A stretch of 64,000 nt of DNA. Origin: Synechococcus sp. (GTDB lineage Bacteria > Cyanobacteriota > Cyanobacteriia > PCC-6307 > Cyanobiaceae). Below, in pieces: positions 8,196-17,817 of the stretch. The stretch's first letter is position 1. The number at the start of each line of letters is the position of its first letter. Below the pieces are notes generated by a model that searched no databases, was not told where the DNA came from, and worked only from the letters and a program-made list of their open reading frames with translations. The stretch is from NCBI GenBank assembly GCA_047285305.1, contig JBJBDL010000003.1, positions 128,001 to 192,000 on the forward strand, read 5' to 3'. The translations under genes and the position numbers were made by a program.

Positions 8196-11120
8196 GTGAG
8201 CAAGGAGACGCGCGACGCCGCCGCTGAGGAACGTCCCTCCTACAAACAGACGCTCAATCTGCTGCAGACGGGATTCGGCATGCGCGCCAATGCCGTCCAA
8301 CGCGAACCTGAACTGCAGGGCTTCTGGAAAGACCACGGCATCGACGGCGAGCTGGGCCTGAAGAACAGCGGCCCAACCTTCACCCTCCATGACGGCCCGC
8401 CCTACGCCAACGGTGCTCTGCACATGGGGCATGCCCTCAACAAGGTGCTGAAGGACGTCATCAACAAATATCAGGTGTTAAGTGGGCGGCGAGTGCGCTA
8501 CGTACCGGGCTGGGACTGCCACGGTCTGCCGATCGAGCTCAAGGTGCTGCAGTCGATGGATCAGGACCAACGCAAGGCGCTGACACCGATCAAGCTGCGC
8601 AAAAAGGCTGCCGCCTACGCCCGCAAACAGGTTGATGGCCAGATGAAAGGCTTCCAGCGCTGGGGCATCTGGGCGGACTGGGAGCAGCCGTATCTGACTC
8701 TGCAAAAGGAGTACGAATCGGCTCAGATTCGGGTGTTTGGCGAGATGGTGCTCAAGGGGCACATCTACCGGGGTCTGAAACCGGTGCACTGGAGCCCGAG
8801 TTCACGCACCGCTTTGGCCGAAGCCGAACTGGAGTACCCCGACGGCCACACCAGTCCCAGCGTCTACGCCGCCTTCCCAGCCGTGGAGCTTCCCGCGGCG
8901 CTGCGGGATGCATTCGAGGCAGAGGGCCTGGACCTTCCCACGGAGACGGACGTCCTTGGGAAGGCCCTGCAGGTGGCAATCTGGACCACCACCCCCTGGA
9001 CGCTGCCTGCCAACCTGGCGGTGTCGGTGAATGAAAGGCTCGATTACGCCCTGGCCGACGACGGCGAAGGCCGACTGCTGCTGGTGGCTGCCGATCTGAT
9101 CGAGACGCTGAGCGGCACCCTGGCGCGCCCACTGAGCCGGCGCGTCACCGTCAAAGGCGCTCTGCTCGCCGGGCTGACCTACCGCCACCCGCTGCTGGAT
9201 CGCACCAGTCCGGTGGTGATCGGGGGCGATTACATCACCACTGAATCGGGCACAGGCCTCGTGCACACCGCACCTGGTCACGGCGTCGACGACTTCCACA
9301 CCGGCCAGAAGAACGGCCTGCCGGTGCTCTGCCCTGTGGACGAAGCAGGCAACCTCACGGAAGAGGCCGGGCCGTTCGCGGGCCTGAATGTTCTCAAGGA
9401 TGCCAACCCCAAGATCATTGAGGCGCTGGAGTCCGCGGGCGCTCTGCTCAAGCAGGAGGCCTATGGCCACCGCTACCCGTACGACTGGCGCACCAAGAAA
9501 CCAACCATCTTTCGGGCCACGGAACAATGGTTTGCCTCCGTGGAAGGGTTCCGTCAACAGGCCCTTGATGCGATCGCCGCAGTGGAGTGGACCCCTGCTT
9601 CCGGTCGCAACCGAATCGAATCGATGATCAAGGAGCGGGGCGACTGGTGTATCTCCCGTCAGCGCACCTGGGGGGTGCCGATCCCCGTCTTTTATCACCG
9701 CAGCAACGGCGAGGTGCTGCTGAACGCCGACACCCTGGAACACATCCAGGCGTTAATCGCCGAGCACGGTGCCGACGTCTGGTGGGAGAAAGACGAAGCG
9801 GATCTGCTTCCGCCCGCCTACGCCGACCAGGCCGACCAGTGGCGCAAGGGCACCGACACCATGGACGTGTGGTTCGACTCCGGCTCAAGCTGGGCTGCCG
9901 TCGCCAGCCAGCGGGACAACCTGAGCTATCCCGCCGACCTTTACCTGGAAGGGTCCGACCAGCACCGCGGCTGGTTCCAGAGTTCACTGCTCACCTCTGT
10001 TGCCGTGAATGGCCACGCTCCCTACAAACGGGTGCTCACCCATGGCTTCGCCTTGGATGAGAAGGGCCGCAAGATGAGCAAATCCCTCGGCAATGTGGTC
10101 GACCCGATGGTGATTATCGAGGGGGGCAAGAACCAGAAACAGGAACCGCCCTACGGCGCTGATGTGCTGCGGCTCTGGGTGAGCTCGGTGGATTACTCAG
10201 CCGATGTGCCTATCGGAGCCGGGATTCTGCGCCAGCTGGCCGATGTGTATCGCAAGGTGCGCAACACAAGCCGCTATCTGCTGGGCAACCTGCACGACTT
10301 CAATCCGGCAACCGACGCGATCCAGATTGCGGAACTGCCGTTGCTGGACCGCTGGATGCTGCAGCGCACGGCCGAGGTGATGGACGACATCACAGAAGCC
10401 TTCGAAAGCTTCGAGTTCTTCCGCTTCTTCCAGCTGCTGCAGAACTTCTGCGTCACCGATCTGTCGAACTTCTACCTCGACATCGCCAAGGACAGGCTCT
10501 ACGTGAGCGCCCCCGCCGACCAGCGCCGGCGCAGCTGCCAGACCGTGATGGCCCTGATCATCGAACGCCTCGCCGGACTGATCGCTCCTGTCTTGTGCCA
10601 CATGGCCGAAGACATCTGGCAGAACCTGCCCTACCCCGTGGAGGAGACCTCGGTCTTCCACCGCGGCTGGCCGAAGGTCCCAACCGAGTGGCGTGATGCT
10701 GGTCTCAGCGCTCCGGTTCAAGAGCTGCGAGAGCTCCGCGCCGCCGTCAACAAAGTGCTTGAAGATTGCCGCGGCCGTCAGGAACTTGGCGCATCGCTTG
10801 AGGCAGCCGTGCGGATTGATGCCCACCGTCCAGAACTCCAGGCCGCTCTCTCCTGGCTGAGTAAGACGGGGGATCCCGAGGTGGACGGTCTGCGGGACTG
10901 GCTGCTGGTTTCACAACTGCAGATTGGCGGCGAGCCCTGGGCCGAAGTGCTGGCCAGCCAGGACGACGAGCTCGCATCGATCGAGGTGAGCCGAGCGCGG
11001 GGAACCAAATGCGAGCGCTGCTGGCACTACGAGGGGGATGTGGGTCAGCACCCGGAGCATCCCCACATCTGCGGACGCTGTGTTGGCGTTCTGGAACGCC
11101 GGACTCACCAGTTGGCCTGA
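8196..11120 (+). CDS. ileS: Isoleucine--tRNA ligase
   Basis: [34 protein letters not shown] and C-terminal Zn finger CERCW...CGRC. Confidence 0.99.
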   Translation: MSKETRDAAAEERPSYKQTLNLLQTGFGMRANAVQREPELQGFWKDHGIDGELGLKNSGPTFTLHDGPPYANGALHMGHALNKVLKDVINKYQVLSGRRVRYVPGWDCHGLPIELKVLQSMDQDQRKALTPIKLRKKAAAYARKQVDGQMKGFQRWGIWADWEQPYLTLQKEYESAQIRVFGEMVLKGHIYRGLKPVHWSPSSRTALAEAELEYPDGHTSPSVYAAFPAVELPAALRDAFEAEGLDLPTETDVLGKALQVAIWTTTPWTLPANLAVSVNERLDYALADDGEGRLLLVAADLIETLSGTLARPLSRRVTVKGALLAGLTYRHPLLDRTSPVVIGGDYITTESGTGLVHTAPGHGVDDFHTGQKNGLPVLCPVDEAGNLTEEAGPFAGLNVLKDANPKIIEALESAGALLKQEAYGHRYPYDWRTKKPTIFRATEQWFASVEGFRQQALDAIAAVEWTPASGRNRIESMIKERGDWCISRQRTWGVPIPVFYHRSNGEVLLNADTLEHIQALIAEHGADVWWEKDEADLLPPAYADQADQWRKGTDTMDVWFDSGSSWAAVASQRDNLSYPADLYLEGSDQHRGWFQSSLLTSVAVNGHAPYKRVLTHGFALDEKGRKMSKSLGNVVDPMVIIEGGKNQKQEPPYGADVLRLWVSSVDYSADVPIGAGILRQLADVYRKVRNTSRYLLGNLHDFNPATDAIQIAELPLLDRWMLQRTAEVMDDITEAFESFEFFRFFQLLQNFCVTDLSNFYLDIAKDRLYVSAPADQRRRSCQTVMALIIERLAGLIAPVLCHMAEDIWQNLPYPVEETSVFHRGWPKVPTEWRDAGLSAPVQELRELRAAVNKVLEDCRGRQELGASLEAAVRIDAHRPELQAALSWLSKTGDPEVDGLRDWLLVSQLQIGGEPWAEVLASQDDELASIEVSRARGTKCERCWHYEGDVGQHPEHPHICGRCVGVLERRTHQLA

Positions 11121-11398
11121 GCCAGGAGATCGTTCGGCGGCATCGGTCCAGCCAGGACAACCTCCTGGCCGGGCGACAAGGGCCCCTGCAGCAGCTCAGC
11201 CTGATCCAGGCTTGTTCCCTTAGGGAGAACAGGGGAATCGGGGTCAAAGGAAGTTGGATGGGTGGTGCTGCTGCTAAATCCACGGAAGATGAGTAACTCA
11301 AACGGCTCATTCCCGACCTGACCCAGTAGGCGGACAACCCGCTGGGGCTGAACACGCGTTCGCTCCTCCAGGGCCTGAACCAGCACCTGGTCAGTCAT
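11105..11398 (-). CDS. Conserved cyanobacterial hypothetical protein
   Basis: [12 protein letters not shown]...[25 protein letters not shown] overlap with the upstream gene. Confidence 0.8.
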   Translation of the reverse strand: MTDQVLVQALEERTRVQPQRVVRLLGQVGNEPFELLIFRGFSSSTTHPTSFDPDSPVLPKGTSLDQAELLQGPLSPGQEVVLAGPMPPNDLLAQANW

Positions 11399-12009
11399 CA
11401 GAAATCTCCCGCCACGCGGCCGTAACGGGGAAAACGCACCAACAGCCACTGCAGCAGACCAGCCAGGTAAGCCACCAGGGCGACGTACCCCACAAAGGCA
11501 GCAACGGCCTCGGTCCACAAACCACCGAACAGAAAATTGAACACCGTGGCCGCCAGACCATGGATGCCCTGAGGAGCTTCCAGCCAGGTGAGGCATGCCG
11601 GGGACTCCAGCTGTTGCATGCAGCCCAAACCCGTCACGCTCATGCCCAGGCTGAGGAGAGCAAACCCACCGAATGCCCAACGCCACACCTTCACGGCAAG
11701 GGGCAGCGGACGCCAGGACGGCTGGTCGGCCAGCTCCTCATTGATGTCAATCCAGAACCACAGGCTGATCACCATCAACACCGGTGCGACAACCGCCATG
11801 GCGTAGCCGAAGGGCCGCTGATCCGTCAGCAGCAACAGGCTGATCGCCATCAGGCTGGCCACTTTCCAATAGATCCCGAGCAGCCGCAGCACCAATGCCT
11901 CGCGACGCCAGGCCGACCAGATCAACAGGACCAAAGGCACACCAACGGCGAAGGTGGCGGCCAATCGATAGGTCAGCCACACCAGAGCGCGGTACGTGAG
12001 CTCGTTCAC
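11398..12009 (-). CDS. DUF3177-like membrane protein
   Basis: LVWL.YRLA..F.VG.PLVLLIW...YWKVASL...WFW.D.NEE. Confidence 0.82.
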   Translation of the reverse strand: MNELTYRALVWLTYRLAATFAVGVPLVLLIWSAWRREALVLRLLGIYWKVASLMAISLLLLTDQRPFGYAMAVVAPVLMVISLWFWIDINEELADQPSWRPLPLAVKVWRWAFGGFALLSLGMSVTGLGCMQQLESPACLTWLEAPQGIHGLAATVFNFLFGGLWTEAVAAFVGYVALVAYLAGLLQWLLVRFPRYGRVAGDF

Positions 12010-12078
12010 TGGGGACTGTCACAGTGCCGCCATTATCAACGTCCCGAGCTGTGCTCCAGGGTTGATAGGGTCCGCTTC

Positions 12079-13374
12079 ATGGCACCGTTCGCACCGTTCA
12101 GCTGGTTTCGCTCCGGGGGCGCTGAAGCCAATTTCCGGACAGGATTGTCTGGCAAAGCGTCCCTGGATGAAGCCGTCCGGGATGTGGTCGAGCAACTGGG
12201 CCGATGTAAAGGCGAAGCCGATCTCGCCCTCGTCTTCACCTCCACGGGTTACGCCACCGACCTGCCGCGCCTGCTGCCGATGCTGCGCGCCCTGATCAGC
12301 GCGAAGCATTGGATCGGATGCACAGGTGGCGGCGTGGTGGGCACCCGCGGCGACGGCAGCGCCTCGGAACTGGAGCAGACACCTGCTTTGAGCGTGACGC
12401 TGCTCTCCCTGCCAGGTGCATCGATTGCCACCCAACACCTGAGCACAGAGGACCTGCCTGATCTGGATGGAGCCGCCCAGCAATGGCAAGACTGGGTTGG
12501 CATCACCCCCGAGGCTGCCCGCAGCCAGATCCTGCTGATCGACCCCACCAGCAATGGAATCAATGACCTGATCAGCGGGCTGGACTACGCCTATCCGAGT
12601 GCCGAAAAGATTGGCGGCATCGCCGCACCCCACAACAGCCCGCACGGATCGCTGCTGCTGGATGACCACGTCGTCACCGGCGCAGTGGTGTGTTCCATCG
12701 GAGGGAGCTGGCGGCTTGAAACCGTTGTGGCTCAGGGCTGCCGCCCCATCGGCCCGGTCTTCTCAATCGAGCAGGTGCAGCGCAACGTGTTGATGCAACT
12801 GAGTGATGGCAGCACCAAAGCCAGCCCCATCAATTGCCTGCAACGGGTGCTAGCCGACCTCAGCGAACGGGAGCGCGAACTGGTGCGTCACTCGTTGTTC
12901 CTCGGTGTGGAACGCAGCAGCCTGCGGCTGAACGCCAACGGAGGAGCCTCAGAAGCGAGCGCCTTCCTGATCCGCAACCTGATCGGAGTCGATCCCAACA
13001 ATGGCGCCGTGGCCGTTGCTGAGCGGGTGCGCGCCGGCCAAAACGTGCAATTTCACCTGCGCGAAGCCACGGCTTCCCAGGACGAAGCCGTTGCCCTGCT
13101 CAAAGCAGCGATAGCTGATTCAAGCGACACGGTCTATTTCGGACTGCTCATGGCCTGCCTGGGACGGGGCCAGGGGCTATTTGGTCATTCCGATGGCGAC
13201 ATCAGCCTGGCGCGTCAACTGATGCCAGACCTGCCGGTGGCGGGAGCGTTCTGCAACGGTGAGATCGGCCCCGTCGGCGGGACAACACATTTGCATGGCT
13301 ATGCCGCCTGCTGGGGCTTGCTGCGACAGGACCCCGACAGCTCCTCTGGCAGTGGCTCTGACAATCTCGATTGA
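12079..13374 (+). CDS. FIST N/C domain protein
   Basis: IGCTGGGVVG, VAQGCRPIG, RNLIGVDP, CLGRG and G.FCNGEIGPV motifs. Confidence 0.88.
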   Translation: MAPFAPFSWFRSGGAEANFRTGLSGKASLDEAVRDVVEQLGRCKGEADLALVFTSTGYATDLPRLLPMLRALISAKHWIGCTGGGVVGTRGDGSASELEQTPALSVTLLSLPGASIATQHLSTEDLPDLDGAAQQWQDWVGITPEAARSQILLIDPTSNGINDLISGLDYAYPSAEKIGGIAAPHNSPHGSLLLDDHVVTGAVVCSIGGSWRLETVVAQGCRPIGPVFSIEQVQRNVLMQLSDGSTKASPINCLQRVLADLSERERELVRHSLFLGVERSSLRLNANGGASEASAFLIRNLIGVDPNNGAVAVAERVRAGQNVQFHLREATASQDEAVALLKAAIADSSDTVYFGLLMACLGRGQGLFGHSDGDISLARQLMPDLPVAGAFCNGEIGPVGGTTHLHGYAACWGLLRQDPDSSSGSGSDNLD

Positions 13375-13398
13375 ACCGGATCGCACCGCTTCAGAACC

Positions 13399-14103
13399 TT
13401 GCGTCAGCACGTCAATCCCCTCAGCAGCTTCTTCCAGTTACCGCTGGAACTACCACCACCCGAGCAGCTGTTTCGCGTTCCTGATCAGCCGATCCACCTT
13501 GATATCGGCTGCGCCCGTGGACGGTGCCTGCTGGGCCTGGCCAAGCGTGATCCCCACTGGAATCATCTCGGCGTTGAAATCCGCCGACCGCTGGTGACGT
13601 CTGCCGATCAAGACGCGCTCGCCTCGGAGCACGGCAATGTTCGGATCCTGTTCTGCAACGCCAACATCAGCCTGGAAGGCTGGATGAAAGCCCTGAAGCA
13701 GGACCGACTGCAACGGGTATCGATCCAATTCCCCGATCCCTGGTTCAAACGAAGGCACCACAAGCGCCGTGTCCTGCAACCCGCGCTGCTCCTGGCCATC
13801 GCAACGGCCCTCCAACCAGGCCGTGAGCTGTTTCTGCAGAGCGATGTTCTGGACGTGATTGAGCCGATGGTGGCTCTCACCGAACTCAGCACCTGTTTTG
13901 ACCGCCCCGCCAAGGACCAACGTCCCTGGCGCGCCAGCAACCCGCTTTCGGTTCCCACGGAACGGGAGCGCTACGTGCTTGAGCAAAACATCCCCATCTA
14001 CCGGGTGCTCTATCGACGGAACCAGAATCCACTTCCTTCCGTGTCAGATCTGGAACAGCACTGGCAGGAGATCGATAATCCGGCGGAAGCACTCACCACC
14101 TGA
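13399..14103 (+). CDS. trmB: tRNA (guanine-N7)-methyltransferase
   Basis: [35 protein letters not shown] and TERE motifs. Confidence 0.96.
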   Translation: MRQHVNPLSSFFQLPLELPPPEQLFRVPDQPIHLDIGCARGRCLLGLAKRDPHWNHLGVEIRRPLVTSADQDALASEHGNVRILFCNANISLEGWMKALKQDRLQRVSIQFPDPWFKRRHHKRRVLQPALLLAIATALQPGRELFLQSDVLDVIEPMVALTELSTCFDRPAKDQRPWRASNPLSVPTERERYVLEQNIPIYRVLYRRNQNPLPSVSDLEQHWQEIDNPAEALTT

Positions 14104-14112
14104 AGCCCCACG

Positions 14113-15429
14113 ATGGCCTCTGCGGATGCAACCCGGGCGGCGAGCGGTGGGGCCTTGTTGGTGCGCTGGCAGGGGTTGATCACTCCGGATCAGGCGGTGC
14201 TGAAACGCCTTGAAAGGCTGGCGGGACTCCTGCTGCTGGCGTTGTTCACGGGTCTTCCTTTCTTCACACGCACAGGCCTGGCCCTGGTGATTGCAGCCTG
14301 CGGCGTTCTGTGGCTGCTCTGGTGCCTCTGCAGTCCGCCACCACAGCGCATCGGAACCATCTCGCGCTGGCTGATGCTTTTTCTTGCCATCGCGATTGTG
14401 GCCACGGGGTGTTCTCCAGTTCCAATCGCCGCCAGCAAAGGCCTGATCAAACTGCTCAGCTACCTGGGCGTTTATGCCTTGCTCTGCAAACTACTGCTGA
14501 GCAACACCCGATGGTGGGACCGGCTGATCGCCGGACTGCTGAGTGGCGGCCTGTTCAGCAGTGTTCTGGCTTTGCGACAGCTGTATGCCTCCAGCGAGGA
14601 ACTGGCAGGCTGGGCCGATCCGAATTCCATCAGCACCGGCACAATTCGGATCTATGGCCCCCTGGAAAACCCCAACCTCCTGGCGGGTTACCTGCTGCCG
14701 CTGATTCCCTTCGCAGCGATCGCACTGGTGCGCTGGCGTGGTGTGGGAGCCCAGCTGTTTGGCGGAACCACACTGGTGTTGGCAGCAACAGCCACACTGT
14801 TTACCTACAGCCGCGGCGGCTGGCTGGGGACGGTTGCTGCCTGTACCGTGCTGCTGTTGTTGCTGCTGCTTCGCTGGACACGCCACTGGCCTCCGATCTG
14901 GAGACGTGTGGTGCCTCTGGCCGTGCTGCTGATTGGAGCAACTTGCCTTGTGGTGGCGGGCACCCAGATCGATCCGATCCGCACACGCATCACCAGCCTG
15001 CTGGCGGGACGGTTGGATAGTTCCAACAATTTCCGCATCAACGTCTGGATGGCGGCCATCCAGATGGTGCAAGACCGTCCCTGGTTGGGCATCGGCCCTG
15101 GCAATACGGCGTTCAACAGCATCTATCCCCTATATCAGCAACCGAAGTTCAACGCCCTTAGTGCCTACTCCGTTCCCTTGGAAATCCTGGTGGAAACAGG
15201 CATTCCCGGGCTGCTGGCCTGCCTGGGATTGCTGGCCAGCTGCCTGAGGCAGGGCCTCAGGCAGCTCAATGTCGATGCTCCAAGCGCCCTGGCATCCATC
15301 TCCAGCCTCGCTGCCATCGCTGGCCTGCTGATGCAGGGCAGCACCGACACGATCTTCTTTCGCCCCGAAGTGCAGCTGATCGGCTGGCTTGCTCTGGCCA
15401 GCCTGGTGAGTCGAGCCAGAGAATCATGA
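14113..15429 (+). CDS. ictB: IctB family membrane protein (O-antigen ligase-like)
   Basis: NPNLLAGYL, TYSRGGW, DSSNNFRINVW and GIGPGN.AFN.IYPLYQ motifs. Confidence 0.92.
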   Translation: MASADATRAASGGALLVRWQGLITPDQAVLKRLERLAGLLLLALFTGLPFFTRTGLALVIAACGVLWLLWCLCSPPPQRIGTISRWLMLFLAIAIVATGCSPVPIAASKGLIKLLSYLGVYALLCKLLLSNTRWWDRLIAGLLSGGLFSSVLALRQLYASSEELAGWADPNSISTGTIRIYGPLENPNLLAGYLLPLIPFAAIALVRWRGVGAQLFGGTTLVLAATATLFTYSRGGWLGTVAACTVLLLLLLLRWTRHWPPIWRRVVPLAVLLIGATCLVVAGTQIDPIRTRITSLLAGRLDSSNNFRINVWMAAIQMVQDRPWLGIGPGNTAFNSIYPLYQQPKFNALSAYSVPLEILVETGIPGLLACLGLLASCLRQGLRQLNVDAPSALASISSLAAIAGLLMQGSTDTIFFRPEVQLIGWLALASLVSRARES

Positions 15430-16379
15430 GACTGCTCGCTGGATTCGATGCCGGACAGACGCACACCCGCTGCCGCCTCAGCGTGGTTCAAAACGGCTTG
15501 CACCAGCCTGTTGGGGAAGGCAAGGGCCCCGGAGTCAGCCACCTGGATGCCCCACAGGGTGAACGTCGTTTCCTCGAGGCGATCAGCACTAGTGCGCAGC
15601 AGGCCCTCAACAATCACCCCGATGGCGTGATCCAAGCGGCCGTTGTGGGAGCCAGCGGCATCGAACACGGAACAGCGTTGCAACAGCGTGCTGAACGTTT
15701 GGTGGGGCAAGCCCTGGCCATCAGTGATGACACAGGGTTGACCAAGGTGCTGGTCACTGGAGACGAACGCACCGCCTTGCGAGGTGCGATCCCTGAAGGC
15801 GCAGGAATCCTGGCGATCAGCGGCACCGGAATGATCGTGCTGGGCCGAGACGAGTATGGCCATGAACACCGCTGTGGCGGCTGGGGATGGCTACTCGATG
15901 GAGCCGGCTCGGCCTTTGATCTCGGCCACCAGGGATTGCAGCTGACCCTGCGCATGGCCGATGGGCGCCTACCCGACCATCCGCTGCGCCTGCAGATCTG
16001 GAATCAGATGGGCTGCGACAGCCACGCCGAAGTGAAAACCCGGGTGGTTCAGCAGGACTTCGGCACGGCGGACGTCGCGGCCTTGGCTCCACTGGTGGTG
16101 GAAGCAGCAGCCAAGGACTGCCCGGGTGCGGAGGAGATCGTTCAGGGCTCGGCAGCAGCCCTCTCCAGCTGCATCAGCACCGTGGCCCAGCAGCTTTCCC
16201 TGCACTCCCCCCTGGTGGTCTGCCATGGGGGAGCCGTCACCCATCTCCAGGGGTTCCGCACTGCCGTGCAACAGGCCATCCATAAGTCGATTCCCGAAGC
16301 CCGATGGGGCAAGGCCAAGGGCGATGCCTGTGATGGCGCCCTCCTGATGGCCGAGGTCTTAAACCTCAGGCCGCGTTGA
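15426..16379 (+). CDS. N-acetylglucosamine kinase-like protein (BadF/BcrA ATPase family)
   Basis: GFDAGQT.T, ISGTG and GGWGWLLDGAGSA motifs. Confidence 0.85.
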   Translation: MRLLAGFDAGQTHTRCRLSVVQNGLHQPVGEGKGPGVSHLDAPQGERRFLEAISTSAQQALNNHPDGVIQAAVVGASGIEHGTALQQRAERLVGQALAISDDTGLTKVLVTGDERTALRGAIPEGAGILAISGTGMIVLGRDEYGHEHRCGGWGWLLDGAGSAFDLGHQGLQLTLRMADGRLPDHPLRLQIWNQMGCDSHAEVKTRVVQQDFGTADVAALAPLVVEAAAKDCPGAEEIVQGSAAALSSCISTVAQQLSLHSPLVVCHGGAVTHLQGFRTAVQQAIHKSIPEARWGKAKGDACDGALLMAEVLNLRPR

Positions 16380-17760
16380 GATGGCCCTCGGCAACGGCGG
16401 CCAGATGCCCCGTCCAATGCTCCACAGCGTCCGACTGCTTGGCTTCCACCATCACCCGCAACACGGGCTCCGTGCCACTGGCCCGCACCAAAATGCGACC
16501 GGTCTCGCCCATCGACTGCTCCGCTGAAGCAATGGCGTCGGTGAGAGCAGTGCAGGCACTCCAGTTCTTACGGCGCAAACGGTCCATCACCCGCACATTG
16601 ACCAATTTCTGCGGATAGGCCTGGAAACTGCGGTCCAACCAATCGCTGAGGCTGATGCCCTGGGCATGGCACAAGGTGGCCAACTGCACGGCGGTCAGCA
16701 CACCATCGCCACACAGCCCATGGGAGGCGGAAAGGATGTGACCGGATTGTTCTCCACCAAGGCCCGCGCCACTGGCCACCATGGCGGCATGGACGTGCTG
16801 ATCTCCCACCGGCGTGCGATCGAGGGTGCCGCCCCGCTGCTGCCAGGCCCGCTCAAAGCCAAGGTTCGACATCACAGTGGCCACCAACCGCTGATCGGGG
16901 AGCGCCTGCTGCTCCTGCAGCACGGATCCCCAGAGGAACAGCACGTGGTCGCCGTCGATGATGCGGCCGCGGCCGTCCACCGCCAGCATCCGATCAGCAT
17001 CACCGTCAAAGGCAAAACCCATTGCCGCGCCGCGCGCGATCACAGCCCGTTGCAGCGGTTCCAAATGGGTTGACCCGCAGGCCACGTTGATGCGGGAGCC
17101 ATCGGGTTCCCCATGGAGCACGGTGAGATCAGCCCCCAGGGCACGGAAGGCATCGGCACCGCACGCCGTCGCGGATCCCCAGCAAAGGTCCAAAACAATG
17201 GGAACGCCATCCAGTCGCCGTTCAGCCACCGATTGCTGCAACACCTCTCTGTAGCCATCCAGGAGATCGGCGCTGGATCGCGCCACACCGCAGCGGAATG
17301 TTGCTTGCTCAGCCATCGGCGTCTGCCCCTGCAGACCGGCTTCCACCTGGGCTTGACGGGAGGCGCTGAGTTTGGCGCCATCGGCCCCAAACACTTTGAT
17401 GCCGTTGTCTGCAGGGGGGTTATGACTGGCGGAGACCATCAACCCGCCGGCGGCCCCCAGCTGGCGAATCAACAACGGAACCGCCGGCGTCGGACAGAGC
17501 CCAAGGGTCCACACATCGCGACCAGCGGCCGTCAAGCCAGCCGTCAGGGCAGCAACCACCATGCTGCCGCTGGCCCGGGAGTCCATCCCGATTAGAACAG
17601 GACCTTCCGCCTGCAGAACCCGACCGACCCAGTAGCCCACCTGAAGACATAGTGCGGGGGTGAGAACCGTGCCGGCGAGCCCACGGATCCCATCGGTTCC
17701 AAACCCTGGCGCAGCGTCACCGAGAGCGGGGCCGATCGGGGAGCACGCCTTTTGAACCAT
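16366..17760 (-). CDS. glmM: Phosphoglucosamine mutase
   Basis: FGTDGIRG, SASHNP, FDGDADR, GGEQSGH and RASGTEP motifs. Confidence 0.95.
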   Translation of the reverse strand: MVQKACSPIGPALGDAAPGFGTDGIRGLAGTVLTPALCLQVGYWVGRVLQAEGPVLIGMDSRASGSMVVAALTAGLTAAGRDVWTLGLCPTPAVPLLIRQLGAAGGLMVSASHNPPADNGIKVFGADGAKLSASRQAQVEAGLQGQTPMAEQATFRCGVARSSADLLDGYREVLQQSVAERRLDGVPIVLDLCWGSATACGADAFRALGADLTVLHGEPDGSRINVACGSTHLEPLQRAVIARGAAMGFAFDGDADRMLAVDGRGRIIDGDHVLFLWGSVLQEQQALPDQRLVATVMSNLGFERAWQQRGGTLDRTPVGDQHVHAAMVASGAGLGGEQSGHILSASHGLCGDGVLTAVQLATLCHAQGISLSDWLDRSFQAYPQKLVNVRVMDRLRRKNWSACTALTDAIASAEQSMGETGRILVRASGTEPVLRVMVEAKQSDAVEHWTGHLAAVAEGHLNAA

Positions 17761-17817
17761 GGGTCTCAATCGTGGACAGCACCATAGGAAGCGCCTCTGA
17801 GGCTGATTCCCAAGGAC

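Noticed and set aside
11560..12078. N-terminal extensions in the ORF track (FIST from 11560, GH15 from 54394, crtR from 7585, murJ from 43118)
   Set aside because: They overlap real genes or a tRNA; downstream ATGs fit better.
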